Shown here piece after piece: positions 1 through 7,822 of a stretch of DNA of 57,055 nucleotides. The DNA comes from a virus (Duplodnaviria > Caudoviricetes), in the IMG/VR virus record IMGVR_UViG_3300046048_000470, positions 1 through 57,055 of that record. The stretch is one strand, 5' to 3'. Numbering within the stretch: position 1 is the stretch's first letter; each line of letters begins with the position of its first letter. The notes under the pieces are model-generated. The model did no database searches and had not been told where the DNA came from. It saw only the letters and a list, made by a program, of their open reading frames with translations. Position numbers and translations under genes: made by a program.

Positions 1-127
1 GCGGCGACGACCAGAACCTACTGGCAACCGGGGTTAACGGCCAACCGACGTTATTTTCTCGGGCCAGGCCTTGAACCTCAACGCCGCCGAACCACGGTGA
101 GGCGCATCCCACCGGTAAACCGTGATC
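1..127. repeat. Terminal direct repeat, copy 1 (identical to 56929..57055); indicates circular assembly
   Basis: Exact 127-bp identity between the two contig ends; 127 is a common assembler k-mer. Confidence 0.95.
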
Positions 128-336
128 TCGATCTCGGTGGCGCCATCCCAGCCCTCGGCCACCTGAATGGCATGATTCCAACTCACGTTGTCAGCGTTCC
201 GCCAGCGCTTGCATTCCCGATCGATCGCTGCGACCAGTGCGTCCCGAGCCTTGCCCTGGTACTCGCTTGGCATTTCCCACGCTGCCCGCTCGACGTCGTC
301 GATCGAGACCCTGAAATTCATGTGTCGTGTAGCCAT
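34..336 (-). CDS. Hypothetical protein (early region)
   Basis: 100-aa ORF, RBS AAAGGAG upstream, starts ATGGCTAC. Confidence 0.8.
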   Translation of the reverse strand: MATRHMNFRVSIDDVERAAWEMPSEYQGKARDALVAAIDRECKRWRNADNVSWNHAIQVAEGWDGATEIEITVYRWDAPHRGSAALRFKAWPEKITSVGR

Positions 337-366
337 CTCGCTTTGCTCCTTTGGTTAGGTGATTCG

Positions 367-423
367 TCGAGGGCCGGGAATCGAACCCGGGCACGCGTGT
401 ACCGCGTGTGGCCTACCCCCCGA
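367..423 (-). ncRNA. tRNA-like structure lacking a D-arm (not a canonical tRNA)
   Basis: 7-bp acceptor-like stem TCGGGGG/CCCTCGA contiguous with T-arm CCGGG-TTCGATT-CCCGG; central stem CACGCG-GTACA-CGCGTG; intergenic. Confidence 0.55.
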
Positions 424-430
424 GGGGTGA
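413..430. promoter_or_regulatory. Palindromic operator-like motif CTACCCCCCGAGGGGTGA
   Basis: Identical 18-mer at 7747..7764; variants at 16027, 28143, 52887. Confidence 0.6.
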
Positions 431-694
431 TCAGCCAACGGCATCGACCTCGACGACGATCGCCTGGACACCGCCGGCCAGGACAACCGAGCCGGGATCG
501 ACCTCGAACGACTCGGCGCTGTAGGCCGACAGCCAGAAACCTTCCGGGTCAGAGCGGATCAGGAGCCGGGCGCCGGCCTCGACCATGACACCGTGACGGC
601 CGATCGTGTCGACGTCGTGGCCTGCCGCGTCGAGTAGGAGGATCTCGTTGCCGATGATCCGTGCGGTGGTCGGGTGTCCAACGCCGTTGTTCAT
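431..694 (-). CDS. Hypothetical protein, first gene of leftward early transcript
   Basis: ATG at 694 with RBS GAGGAG; part of track ORF 431..778. Confidence 0.75.
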   Translation of the reverse strand: MNNGVGHPTTARIIGNEILLLDAAGHDVDTIGRHGVMVEAGARLLIRSDPEGFWLSAYSAESFEVDPGSVVLAGGVQAIVVEVDAVG

Positions 695-725
695 GTCGTG
701 CTCCTCGGTTGCTGGCTTGAACCAA

Positions 726-755
726 AACGTAGCACCCCAACACCCGAATCGTAAA
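726..755 (-). promoter_or_regulatory. Leftward sigma70/SigA-type promoter
   Basis: TTTACG-N18-TACGTT with extended TG. Confidence 0.55.
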
Positions 756-761
756 CCATGG

Positions 762-790
762 TTGCCGATTATTCTCACACGGTGTAAGGT
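762..790 (+). promoter_or_regulatory. Rightward sigma70/SigA-type promoter
   Basis: TTGCCG-N17-TAAGGT; same motif as promoters at 41546..41575 and 56562..56591. Confidence 0.7.
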
Positions 791-823
791 CGAGGCAAGC
801 CAGCAACCAAGGAGCCAGCAACC

Positions 824-2107
824 ATGAGCAACACACCGGACACCAGCAAACTCACCGAAGCCAGCATCGACCTACTCCGCAAAATCGTCATCAACTCCAA
901 GAACAACGGCGGCGACTTCGGATTCTTCGACGAACTCGACTTCGACACCGACCAGGCTGCAGCGGCAGCCAAGGGCAACCTGGCCGACCTCATCAAAAAG
1001 GGATTCGTCCAGTCATGGGAGGGACATCTTGAGCCAGTCGAATTCCACTTCTCGGATTGGTACGACTGGGCCGAGGGCACCGAAGCCAGCATCGACCTAC
1101 TCCGCGACGTCTACGCCGACCGTAAGCCCGGCTGGGTCGATGCTGAGAAGCACATGATCGCCCACATCGAATTCACCGAGCGCCGCCTAGGCGGCGCCCT
1201 CGCACGCAACGAGTCAGGGCATCCAGAGGCAGCCGACCTTGCCGCTGCACGCGGGACCCTGGCCGATCACCAGGCCGGCATCGTTCCACCTATGGGATGG
1301 TCGGTCGAGTCGACCGAAACGAACGCCCTGGTGGTCACCATCGACGGTTTCGGTGTCTACGCGGTTCGGACCGTCGAGCGGGTCGACGCTCTCTCTAACC
1401 GCCCCAGGTTCAGCATCTTCGCCGATGTCCTCGAAGCGGTCGCGGCCGACGCCTGCGAGCAGCCGTATCCGCAGCTCCCGACCGTCGCCCTGGTCGCCAT
1501 GGCAGGCGATTTCCTCGACGGAGCCGACGACCTCGAACGGTCGGCCGCCAGCAAGGGTCCTGCAGGGAGGGGGCCGGCGATGACGTCAACGGTGCAAACA
1601 ATCGGACAGCGAATCAAGGAAGAGAGGCTGAAGGCTGGGCTAACCCAGCGGGCGCTGGCTGTCAAGGTCGAAGTTGGAGTGCCACACATCTCAAAAATTG
1701 AGGCAGGTCGAGAGAGTCCGAGTGACGAACTACTGGAGCGCATGGCGGAGGCCTTCGGCGTCGACGCTGGCGAGCTAATGCTTGTAGCTCGCCGTATTCC
1801 GGATGCGGTACTGGACAAGCTTGCTGCCGACCCGGTCGACGCTCTTGAGTTCCTGCAAGAGAGTTGTCAAAGACCACGAGAGGAATACGGGCAATCCCGT
1901 CGAGTTCCCAGTGGTGCCGAGCCAGCCGAGGAGATCCCCACCAGCGCAGCGGCCGACGCACGGATCGAGCTGGCCGCCCTCCGTCAGACCCTCATCCATC
2001 TCAAAGCACAGCAGGAGCTGATCACCGAGGCGACCAACGGTGCTCTGGCCAAGGTCGAAACCTTGACCCTGCTGCTCTCCGGTCCCCAACTCAGCTTGTT
2101 CGACTGA
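824..2107 (+). CDS. Multi-module protein with XRE-family HTH (from about 1580) and C-terminal QLSLF motif; the HTH part may also be translated from its own ATG at 1580
   Basis: IGQRIKEERLKAGLTQRALAVKVEVGVPHISKIEAGRESPS is a typical XRE HTH; RBS AAGGAG before 824 and GGGAGG before 1580. Confidence 0.75.
   Translation: MSNTPDTSKLTEASIDLLRKIVINSKNNGGDFGFFDELDFDTDQAAAAAKGNLADLIKKGFVQSWEGHLEPVEFHFSDWYDWAEGTEASIDLLRDVYADRKPGWVDAEKHMIAHIEFTERRLGGALARNESGHPEAADLAAARGTLADHQAGIVPPMGWSVESTETNALVVTIDGFGVYAVRTVERVDALSNRPRFSIFADVLEAVAADACEQPYPQLPTVALVAMAGDFLDGADDLERSAASKGPAGRGPAMTSTVQTIGQRIKEERLKAGLTQRALAVKVEVGVPHISKIEAGRESPSDELLERMAEAFGVDAGELMLVARRIPDAVLDKLAADPVDALEFLQESCQRPREEYGQSRRVPSGAEPAEEIPTSAAADARIELAALRQTLIHLKAQQELITEATNGALAKVETLTLLLSGPQLSLFD
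853..1105 (+). repeat. 28-bp direct repeat (853..880 and 1078..1105) encoding TEASIDLLR twice
   Basis: caccgaagccagcatcgacctactccgc seen twice, in frame, 225 bp apart. Confidence 0.9.
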
Positions 2108-2120
2108 GCCCGAGCAGATC

Positions 2121-2156
2121 GAGGGCGCCCCGACCAGCGACAGTCGGGGCGCCCTC
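2121..2156. terminator. Hairpin terminator between convergent genes
   Basis: 14-bp perfect stem gagggcgccccgac/gtcggggcgccctc between the stops at 2107 (+) and 2204 (-). Confidence 0.7.
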
Positions 2157-2203
2157 TGCGCGTCCGAGAACGGACGCCACACACGACCGAACCGGAGCGT
2201 CCT

Positions 2204-2536
2204 TTAGTAGCCGAACGACAAGGTGGATACGTCCTCGACCGGGCGGGCCGCGCCAGACGTCCACCGGACCCACAGCACGTACTCGCCTTCGGCCGCCAGC
2301 TCGATGTCGGAACCAGCCGCGCCGACCGTCGGAGATAACGCCTCGACCTTCCCCGTCGACGACGACCACGAACCCAGCCACGAACCAGCGACCCATGAGC
2401 CGTCAGGGTCAGGGTCGGTGTTCCCCGACGTCGTCAGGAACTCGACAGATGCCGCGGTCGGGTCGGCCTGGCTGATCAGAGTCGCCCGAACCGTCTGCCG
2501 TGATCCTGGATTGATCCCGTGCACCGGTCGAGTCAT
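2204..2536 (-). CDS. Small virion-associated protein of fibre module (beta-rich)
   Basis: DPT..VEF...W..G.W...G.Y.LWVR pattern recalled from actinophage small structural proteins; follows repeat protein. Confidence 0.55.
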   Translation of the reverse strand: MTRPVHGINPGSRQTVRATLISQADPTAASVEFLTTSGNTDPDPDGSWVAGSWLGSWSSSTGKVEALSPTVGAAGSDIELAAEGEYVLWVRWTSGAARPVEDVSTLSFGY

Positions 2537-2546
2537 GGCCCGCATC

Positions 2547-4025
2547 CTAGCTGTCGGTGCCAGAGCGAACGTTGTGGACCCTGTTGGCCAGCTCTGACCG
2601 TCCGGCCCTGTTCGCCAGCTCCGAGCGTGCAACCCGGTTCCGGACCGCTATGAGGACACCAACGAACGGGATCGTGACCGTTGCAGCATCGACCGCGCCG
2701 ATGGTGTCGGCCAGGGCAACGAACAGGGCCATCGCGACGGCCGCCTGGTCGGTCATGCCCATGGACTCAGCGGCTATGACCTGGAGCCCGAGCGACACGC
2801 CGGCAGCATCGGCGCAGTCGAGCAGGTCGGCTATGACCGCCTGGTGCCCGACCGAGACCGTCACAGCATCTGTGACACCGAGCAGGTCGGCCTCGTCGAC
2901 CGTCGGCGCCGCTGACGTTTGAGCATCGGCCACATCCGACATGCCAACGTTGTCGGCCAGAGCCACAGCTAGGCCCATGGTGATTGTCACTGCGTCAGTC
3001 AGGCCAACCGATTCCGCGACGACGGCCGCCTGGTCGAGGGCCACCGCGACGGCGTCAGTGACACCGAGCAACTCGGCTGCAGAGACCACCCCGCCCATCG
3101 CTGCCGTCACTGAGCCGGTCAGGCCGAACGATTCCGCCTCGACCGCTCCCAAGCCCATGGCCACAGCCACGGCATCTGTGACACCGACCGGATCGGATTC
3201 GTCGACAATCCCACCGATAACGACCGCCGCCGAGTCAGACAACCCGACCGATTCGGCCTCGCCGCCGACCAGGTCCATCACAGCGGTCACGGCATCTGTG
3301 ACACCGAGCGACTCGGTTTCGTCCTGAGTGAGATCAGCTCCGCCGCCCTCGGTCCACTCGATCCCGATGATCTGCCCGGAGTATTTCGTCCCGCCACCGC
3401 TGAAACCGATGGTCACACCGGTCGCCGTGTTCGTGGTCGATTCGAGGACCTTCATCGGTGACCCGACCGAGTCGTTGTCGTGGACATCGGCGAAACCGCT
3501 CGGGTTCGCATCCCACGACGACAGACCCGCGTCGCAAACCCACGCGCCGATGATCATCTGGTGAGCCGACGGCGCCCCCGAGAACGTGACCGTGATCGGC
3601 TCGCCACCACTGGTATTCGTGGCCGACTGGACCACGGTCCCGTCGAACCCGGTCCCCGTCCACGCCGTCAAAGACAGCGCGTAGTAGAACTGATTCGTGC
3701 CGTTGTTCCGGCCGTCGATCGTGACCTGGATCGTCTCGTTGTCGGTCAGAACAGACGAGACCCACACAGCCAGTTGAGAAGCGAACGAAGCACCGGCCGC
3801 CGTGTTGATCGACGTCGCGACGACCTTCGTCCACGTGATCGTGTTCGTCGACGCGTTGTCGTCGATGTCGAACAGGGCACCGAGCCCCTGGCTGTGGGAA
3901 TCGTCTCGGGTCGCCAGACCAACAGCGACGATCCGGTCACCGGCCAGGAACGCCGACGACTGGCTGTAGGTCTGGCTCGCGGACAGCCCTGAGTTGCCGA
4001 TGGCTTCAGCTACAACGGTCGCCAC
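2547..4025 (-). CDS. Fibre-like structural protein with about 11 tandem 20-aa repeats
   Basis: G/S/T-rich N-domain followed by repeats of type EAESVGLTDAVxVxxGxxxV. Confidence 0.65.
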   Translation of the reverse strand: MATVVAEAIGNSGLSASQTYSQSSAFLAGDRIVAVGLATRDDSHSQGLGALFDIDDNASTNTITWTKVVATSINTAAGASFASQLAVWVSSVLTDNETIQVTIDGRNNGTNQFYYALSLTAWTGTGFDGTVVQSATNTSGGEPITVTFSGAPSAHQMIIGAWVCDAGLSSWDANPSGFADVHDNDSVGSPMKVLESTTNTATGVTIGFSGGGTKYSGQIIGIEWTEGGGADLTQDETESLGVTDAVTAVMDLVGGEAESVGLSDSAAVVIGGIVDESDPVGVTDAVAVAMGLGAVEAESFGLTGSVTAAMGGVVSAAELLGVTDAVAVALDQAAVVAESVGLTDAVTITMGLAVALADNVGMSDVADAQTSAAPTVDEADLLGVTDAVTVSVGHQAVIADLLDCADAAGVSLGLQVIAAESMGMTDQAAVAMALFVALADTIGAVDAATVTIPFVGVLIAVRNRVARSELANRAGRSELANRVHNVRSGTDS

Positions 4026-4068
4026 AATTCGGTCTTTCGGTAGAGCCGGTCAAACCAACGCGGGACAG

Positions 4069-4596
4069 CTACGCGCCTAGCAAATCATGGGTCCAAGTGA
4101 CCGTCAGGGTGTCGTCAGCTTGCTTGTCTTTCGCCGTGAACACAGCACGAGCGACCGTGTCAGCAGCAGAACCGGCAGCGTCAGTGATCGCAATGTTCGT
4201 CAACGCCACCTCAGTGATCGCACCGTTGGTAGCGGTCCCCGCAGCCCAGGTGACAACGTAAGTGATCCGCCTCGATGAACCGTTGAGCGCAGACCCTGGT
4301 TCAGCGTCGAGCGCCTGAGCCGACCCGGAAATGTAGGTTCCGATCGCCGCTCCAGCACCAGTCTTCGCTGCCGCGGTGACACCGGAACCCAACCGCATCC
4401 CGGTCGGAGCCCCAGGCGCTGCGGCGATACCGGCGCCAAGTTCCCCGTACACCTGGTCACCGACTTGTGTGATGAGGTTCCGGACGATCTCACAGTCGAG
4501 CAGCTCGCCGTCGCGATGCAGCTCGACACGGACGAGACCTTTCAACCGAGCGGTGTCAAGGAAAGGATCAACGGGAGGTAGCAGCAGTTCGGCCAT
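4069..4596 (-). CDS. Virion structural protein (fibre-attachment-like)
   Basis: NLIT..G...LGSG.TAA...ITEVAL...AR.VF..KDK..DTL.VTW motif common in phage fibre modules; leaderless TAGCGT-N7-ATG. Confidence 0.65.
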   Translation of the reverse strand: MAELLLPPVDPFLDTARLKGLVRVELHRDGELLDCEIVRNLITQVGDQVYGELGAGIAAAPGAPTGMRLGSGVTAAAKTGAGAAIGTYISGSAQALDAEPGSALNGSSRRITYVVTWAAGTATNGAITEVALTNIAITDAAGSAADTVARAVFTAKDKQADDTLTVTWTHDLLGA

Positions 4597-4662
4597 GCCA
4601 GAGACGCTAGCCCGACCGTGAGCCCTGGCGCGGTGTGCGCGGTACCCGGCTACCGTCTCAGG

Positions 4663-4830
4663 ATGGCCACAAGGGACCCAGTGCCGAGCAGATGGCCGAC
4701 CGTTGCCGTCGACGTCGCCCGCCGAATAGCACCGTGGCCAGACCTCGAAACGGTCGAGCCTGGCGCCGCGGTCAGAGAAGCACTAGCCGGGACCGCCCGG
4801 CCTGTAGCTCTCCGACGCCCCGCCAGCTAG
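4663..4830 (+). CDS. Small hypothetical protein (55 aa)
   Basis: Leaderless TACCGT-N6-ATG, divergent from the 4596 promoter; fills an intergenic gap. Confidence 0.45.
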   Translation: MATRDPVPSRWPTVAVDVARRIAPWPDLETVEPGAAVREALAGTARPVALRRPAS

Positions 4831-5321
4831 CTTTCGCAGCCGACACCAGACTTGCCGCCTTCGTCGAGCTTGAACGGGTCAACTGCAGCATCAACGAGGT
4901 AAACGGGACCCTTGACGCCAGTCGAGCCATCCCAACAGTTCATGGCGTCACCTGCAACGTTCGGTAGGCATGGCGACTTGTAGGCAGGATGGCAGTTCGA
5001 GACCGTCGTAGCGGTGACCGCCGTCGTCATACTCGTTGATGCCATCGGGATCCGCTCCTCGATCGAGGTACAGCCCGGATCGCCCAGCCCGAGGAACGGC
5101 AACGTCATCGCTCCGCCGACCGCCGGGCCGCAATCCGCTGCCGCTACCCCCGGGCCCGCGGGCGCCTGAGTCGACACTGTCTCAGCGCCGGTCAGACGAA
5201 TCGACGACTCGGCCGGCTCGATCGACCGGATGAGCATCACCACTCCCACGAGGACCACAACAGCGACCAGGAGGACCAGCCACCGCCGAGCCGGGCCAGA
5301 GATTGCAGAGTCAGTCGTCAT
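4827..5321 (-). CDS. Membrane-anchored protein with C-terminal Excalibur-like Cys/Asp domain
   Basis: N-terminal TM helix; C-terminus CHPAY..PCLP...NC...GPV...DPFKLD...GVGCE; leaderless TAACAT-N7-ATG. Confidence 0.65.
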   Translation of the reverse strand: MTTDSAISGPARRWLVLLVAVVVLVGVVMLIRSIEPAESSIRLTGAETVSTQAPAGPGVAAADCGPAVGGAMTLPFLGLGDPGCTSIEERIPMASTSMTTAVTATTVSNCHPAYKSPCLPNVAGDAMNCWDGSTGVKGPVYLVDAAVDPFKLDEGGKSGVGCES

Positions 5322-5493
5322 GCGCGCCATGTTAGTCAGCGGCGAACGATCCGCTGGCTAACCCGACCGAGGAGCGATCTCGACCGGACTGGCGCCCGTC
5401 GGCGTTGAGGGCGTGCCTGGCAGACCGACGATTCTGCCCAGCGCCGCCCAGACGGGCGAGTCAAGCGACGCCAACGAGGATCGTAGCCGACCG

Positions 5494-5655
5494 TCAGCTG
5501 TCGTTCTTGGCCGCCGTGTGATCAGCGATCCCCTGAGCCCGAGCCCGAGCCTCGACCCCGGTCCTGGCGTCACCGTCCCGAGACTGAGCCGCCCGGTCAG
5601 CGACGGCCTGCTGCTGGCTATTCGGGTACGTCGTGCCCTTCGAGAAAATTCCCAT
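5494..5655 (-). CDS. Small hypothetical protein (53 aa, MGIFSKGTTYPNSQQ...)
   Basis: Below ORF-track cutoff; leaderless TAGCAT-N6-ATG. Confidence 0.6.
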   Translation of the reverse strand: MGIFSKGTTYPNSQQQAVADRAAQSRDGDARTGVEARARAQGIADHTAAKNDS

Positions 5656-5727
5656 CGGCCCATGCTATGCCACCTGCCGGCGCCGTCGCCCCACCTGGTT
5701 GCACGAACCCGCCGGCAGGCCGAACGG

Positions 5728-7737
5728 CTACGGGCCAGGGTCGAGGTATCCAGCGGTCTGAGCCGTCAACCGGATCCGTTCATGAAGCTCGAACGGATTC
5801 AACTGCCCAGTCGGGTCGATGTCGGGAGGGACCAACTCACGGAGCCGGTCCATCGCCCCACGGAAACCAGGGCCAGGCGTCGCGCCCTCGAACTCGACCG
5901 CACGAGCAGCGTCCTCGATCCGTTCCAGCTCGTCCACGAAATCCAGTGGATCCATCTCCCACGCCCCAGGCCGACCGGACTTCGGGCGCGGCAGGATCCT
6001 GGCCGCGTAGTCATGCGCAGCATCGGCCTGGACCCTGGCCACATGCCCCGCGGCATCGTCGACATCGACACCGAACAGGCGCGTCAAGTCGTAGCCCTCC
6101 AGCTGATACTCCGCCGGCAGCAGATTCGCCGGATCCGCGTACCGCGGTACCCGACCCGACGCGAGCGACCTAAGCCCGTCCTCCTGGAGCCAACGATCGG
6201 TCAGCCAATCCATCGCTTCGGAATCGGTCAGGTCAAGGTTCGTCTTCCGGCGGACCTGATCAGCCACCGTGTCCGGCCGGTAATTCAAGTCGTCGACGAA
6301 CCGTTTCCGAACTCTGGCGTCGCCGGCGTCGTCGAGTTGTTCCAAAAAGTCGTAGCCCGAATCGGTCCGGACCTGCCGCACCCGACCCGACGCGTCAACC
6401 TTCCGTTCCAACCGCGCCGGCCTCGTCATCACATCAAGATCGTTCTCGGCCAACCAGCCGCCCAAGTCGTCGGCCTCGCGACGGGCCGCCGCCCGAATGT
6501 CAGCCTTGACCTGCTTGGCCAGCACCCGCCCATGACGCAACTGGTCCTCGGAGACACGCCACCGCTGCAGAACATCGGCAGGGACCCTGCCGCCCTTGCT
6601 GGTGGCGCCCTGGCGCTCGACCTCGAACGCCTGGGCGACCTTCTCCCTAGCTTCGAGCCTGGCTCTCTCGATCGCTCGACGACGACGTGCGTTGTCAGCC
6701 GTCACCTGCTGGCGACCCGAGAGACCACCAGAGCGCCTCTCTCCCGCTGTTGGCCGTGCCCTCCGCTCCCTTCGGGGCCGACGGCCGCCAGGCGAGCCCC
6801 CAGGGCCTCCACGTGAGCCCCCGCGGCGTGCTGCCAGCTCACGCTCGAACGCTGCCTGATCGGAACGCTGCGGTGCTGTAGTGACCGAACGTTCCGACGG
6901 TGCATCAGACAGATCCATGGCCGACAGATCCGGCCGAGGAGAAAACGCTCGACGACACGCTGGGTGCGAAAGGGGCCAATCGTTAGCGGTGCGACTGTCG
7001 ACAATCATGCCGTTGGCCAACTGCGAATCATGATGAGCTGTGAGCCCGCACAGCGCGCCGTCGAGGATCTCGAAGATCTCGATCCCCGCGGCTCTCGACG
7101 TATTCAGCGTGCCAGCGTTGTAGGCCTGCGCCGTTTTCGTGCGCATCGCCATTTCTGCGTACTCGCCGAAGCTGTGCCGCGACCCGTCGCGGTAGGTGAT
7201 CGCACCGATCCCGCGCCCTCGGAACTCACGCTCAAGGGACCGCTTCAGGTCCCTGGCTGATTGAGCTGCCGAGTCGCCAGCGGTCAGTTTCGTTGCGGCG
7301 ATCTGCCGGGAGACCCGACGGACGAACGCTTTCGCGTCTTCGTCGACGTGAGCGGTCGCGGTGAGCATGTCGCTGTAGGTGTCCCGAGCGAGCGCCTGGA
7401 CGGCCGCCCGATGCGGGGCGGTGAATGAGAACTCTTGCACCGCGAGCCTGGAACCGGCCGCGTACAGCTCAGCGAACCGTTCGCCCTGGACGTACCGGCC
7501 GGTCTGCTGCAGCGCGTCGTCGAGGACGAACGCTGCCTGATCCCGCAGCTCCCCGAGGCGGGCCGCTTGCGCTTCTAGCCGTGTCGTGACGTACGGCTTC
7601 GACGGATTGGAGAGCACTCCGAGCATCTGCTGCTGGACGTGGGCCAACCGGCGGTCGATCTCAGCTGACCCGTTCCGCCAGATCGCTATGACTTCGTCGA
7701 GGTATGGATCGTCGTCGAGCCCAGGACGGAACGGCAT
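5728..7737 (-). CDS. MuF-like / phage minor capsid protein with long C-terminal extension
   Basis: YAEMAMRTKTAQAYNAG...C...HPACRR motif of MuF/minor-capsid-2 proteins in the N-terminal 270 aa; leaderless TAGGTT-N6-ATG. Confidence 0.8.
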   Translation of the reverse strand: MPFRPGLDDDPYLDEVIAIWRNGSAEIDRRLAHVQQQMLGVLSNPSKPYVTTRLEAQAARLGELRDQAAFVLDDALQQTGRYVQGERFAELYAAGSRLAVQEFSFTAPHRAAVQALARDTYSDMLTATAHVDEDAKAFVRRVSRQIAATKLTAGDSAAQSARDLKRSLEREFRGRGIGAITYRDGSRHSFGEYAEMAMRTKTAQAYNAGTLNTSRAAGIEIFEILDGALCGLTAHHDSQLANGMIVDSRTANDWPLSHPACRRAFSPRPDLSAMDLSDAPSERSVTTAPQRSDQAAFERELAARRGGSRGGPGGSPGGRRPRRERRARPTAGERRSGGLSGRQQVTADNARRRRAIERARLEAREKVAQAFEVERQGATSKGGRVPADVLQRWRVSEDQLRHGRVLAKQVKADIRAAARREADDLGGWLAENDLDVMTRPARLERKVDASGRVRQVRTDSGYDFLEQLDDAGDARVRKRFVDDLNYRPDTVADQVRRKTNLDLTDSEAMDWLTDRWLQEDGLRSLASGRVPRYADPANLLPAEYQLEGYDLTRLFGVDVDDAAGHVARVQADAAHDYAARILPRPKSGRPGAWEMDPLDFVDELERIEDAARAVEFEGATPGPGFRGAMDRLRELVPPDIDPTGQLNPFELHERIRLTAQTAGYLDPGP

Positions 7738-7746
7738 CCGCCCAAC

Positions 7747-7764
7747 CTACCCCCCGAGGGGTGA
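7747..7764. promoter_or_regulatory. Operator-like palindrome overlapping the -10 of the MuF promoter
   Basis: Identical to 413..430; -10 TAGGTT at 7744..7749 (minus). Confidence 0.6.
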
Positions 7765-7822
7765 CCGCCCCGTTTCGTGGCGACGTCGGACGTTCCGCCC
7801 GATCTGGTACTGGATCATGGCC

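Noticed and set aside
367-423. Canonical tRNA gene or functional attP
   Set aside because: No D-arm, non-canonical anticodon loop, no CCA, and no integrase recognised; kept only as a tRNA-like element.
1239-1583. Alternative-frame ORF ending in an ATGA overlap with the HTH start
   Set aside because: Ser/Arg/Pro-rich with no RBS; the main 824 frame looks more protein-like, though a historic frameshift cannot be excluded.
2690-3330. CRISPR array or DNA tandem repeat
   Set aside because: The periodicity is a degenerate 20-aa protein repeat; there are no identical repeats with unique spacers and no cas genes.
5358-5663. Track ORF of 101 aa
   Set aside because: Low-complexity translation; the other frame gives a promoter-supported 53-aa gene and the remainder looks non-coding.
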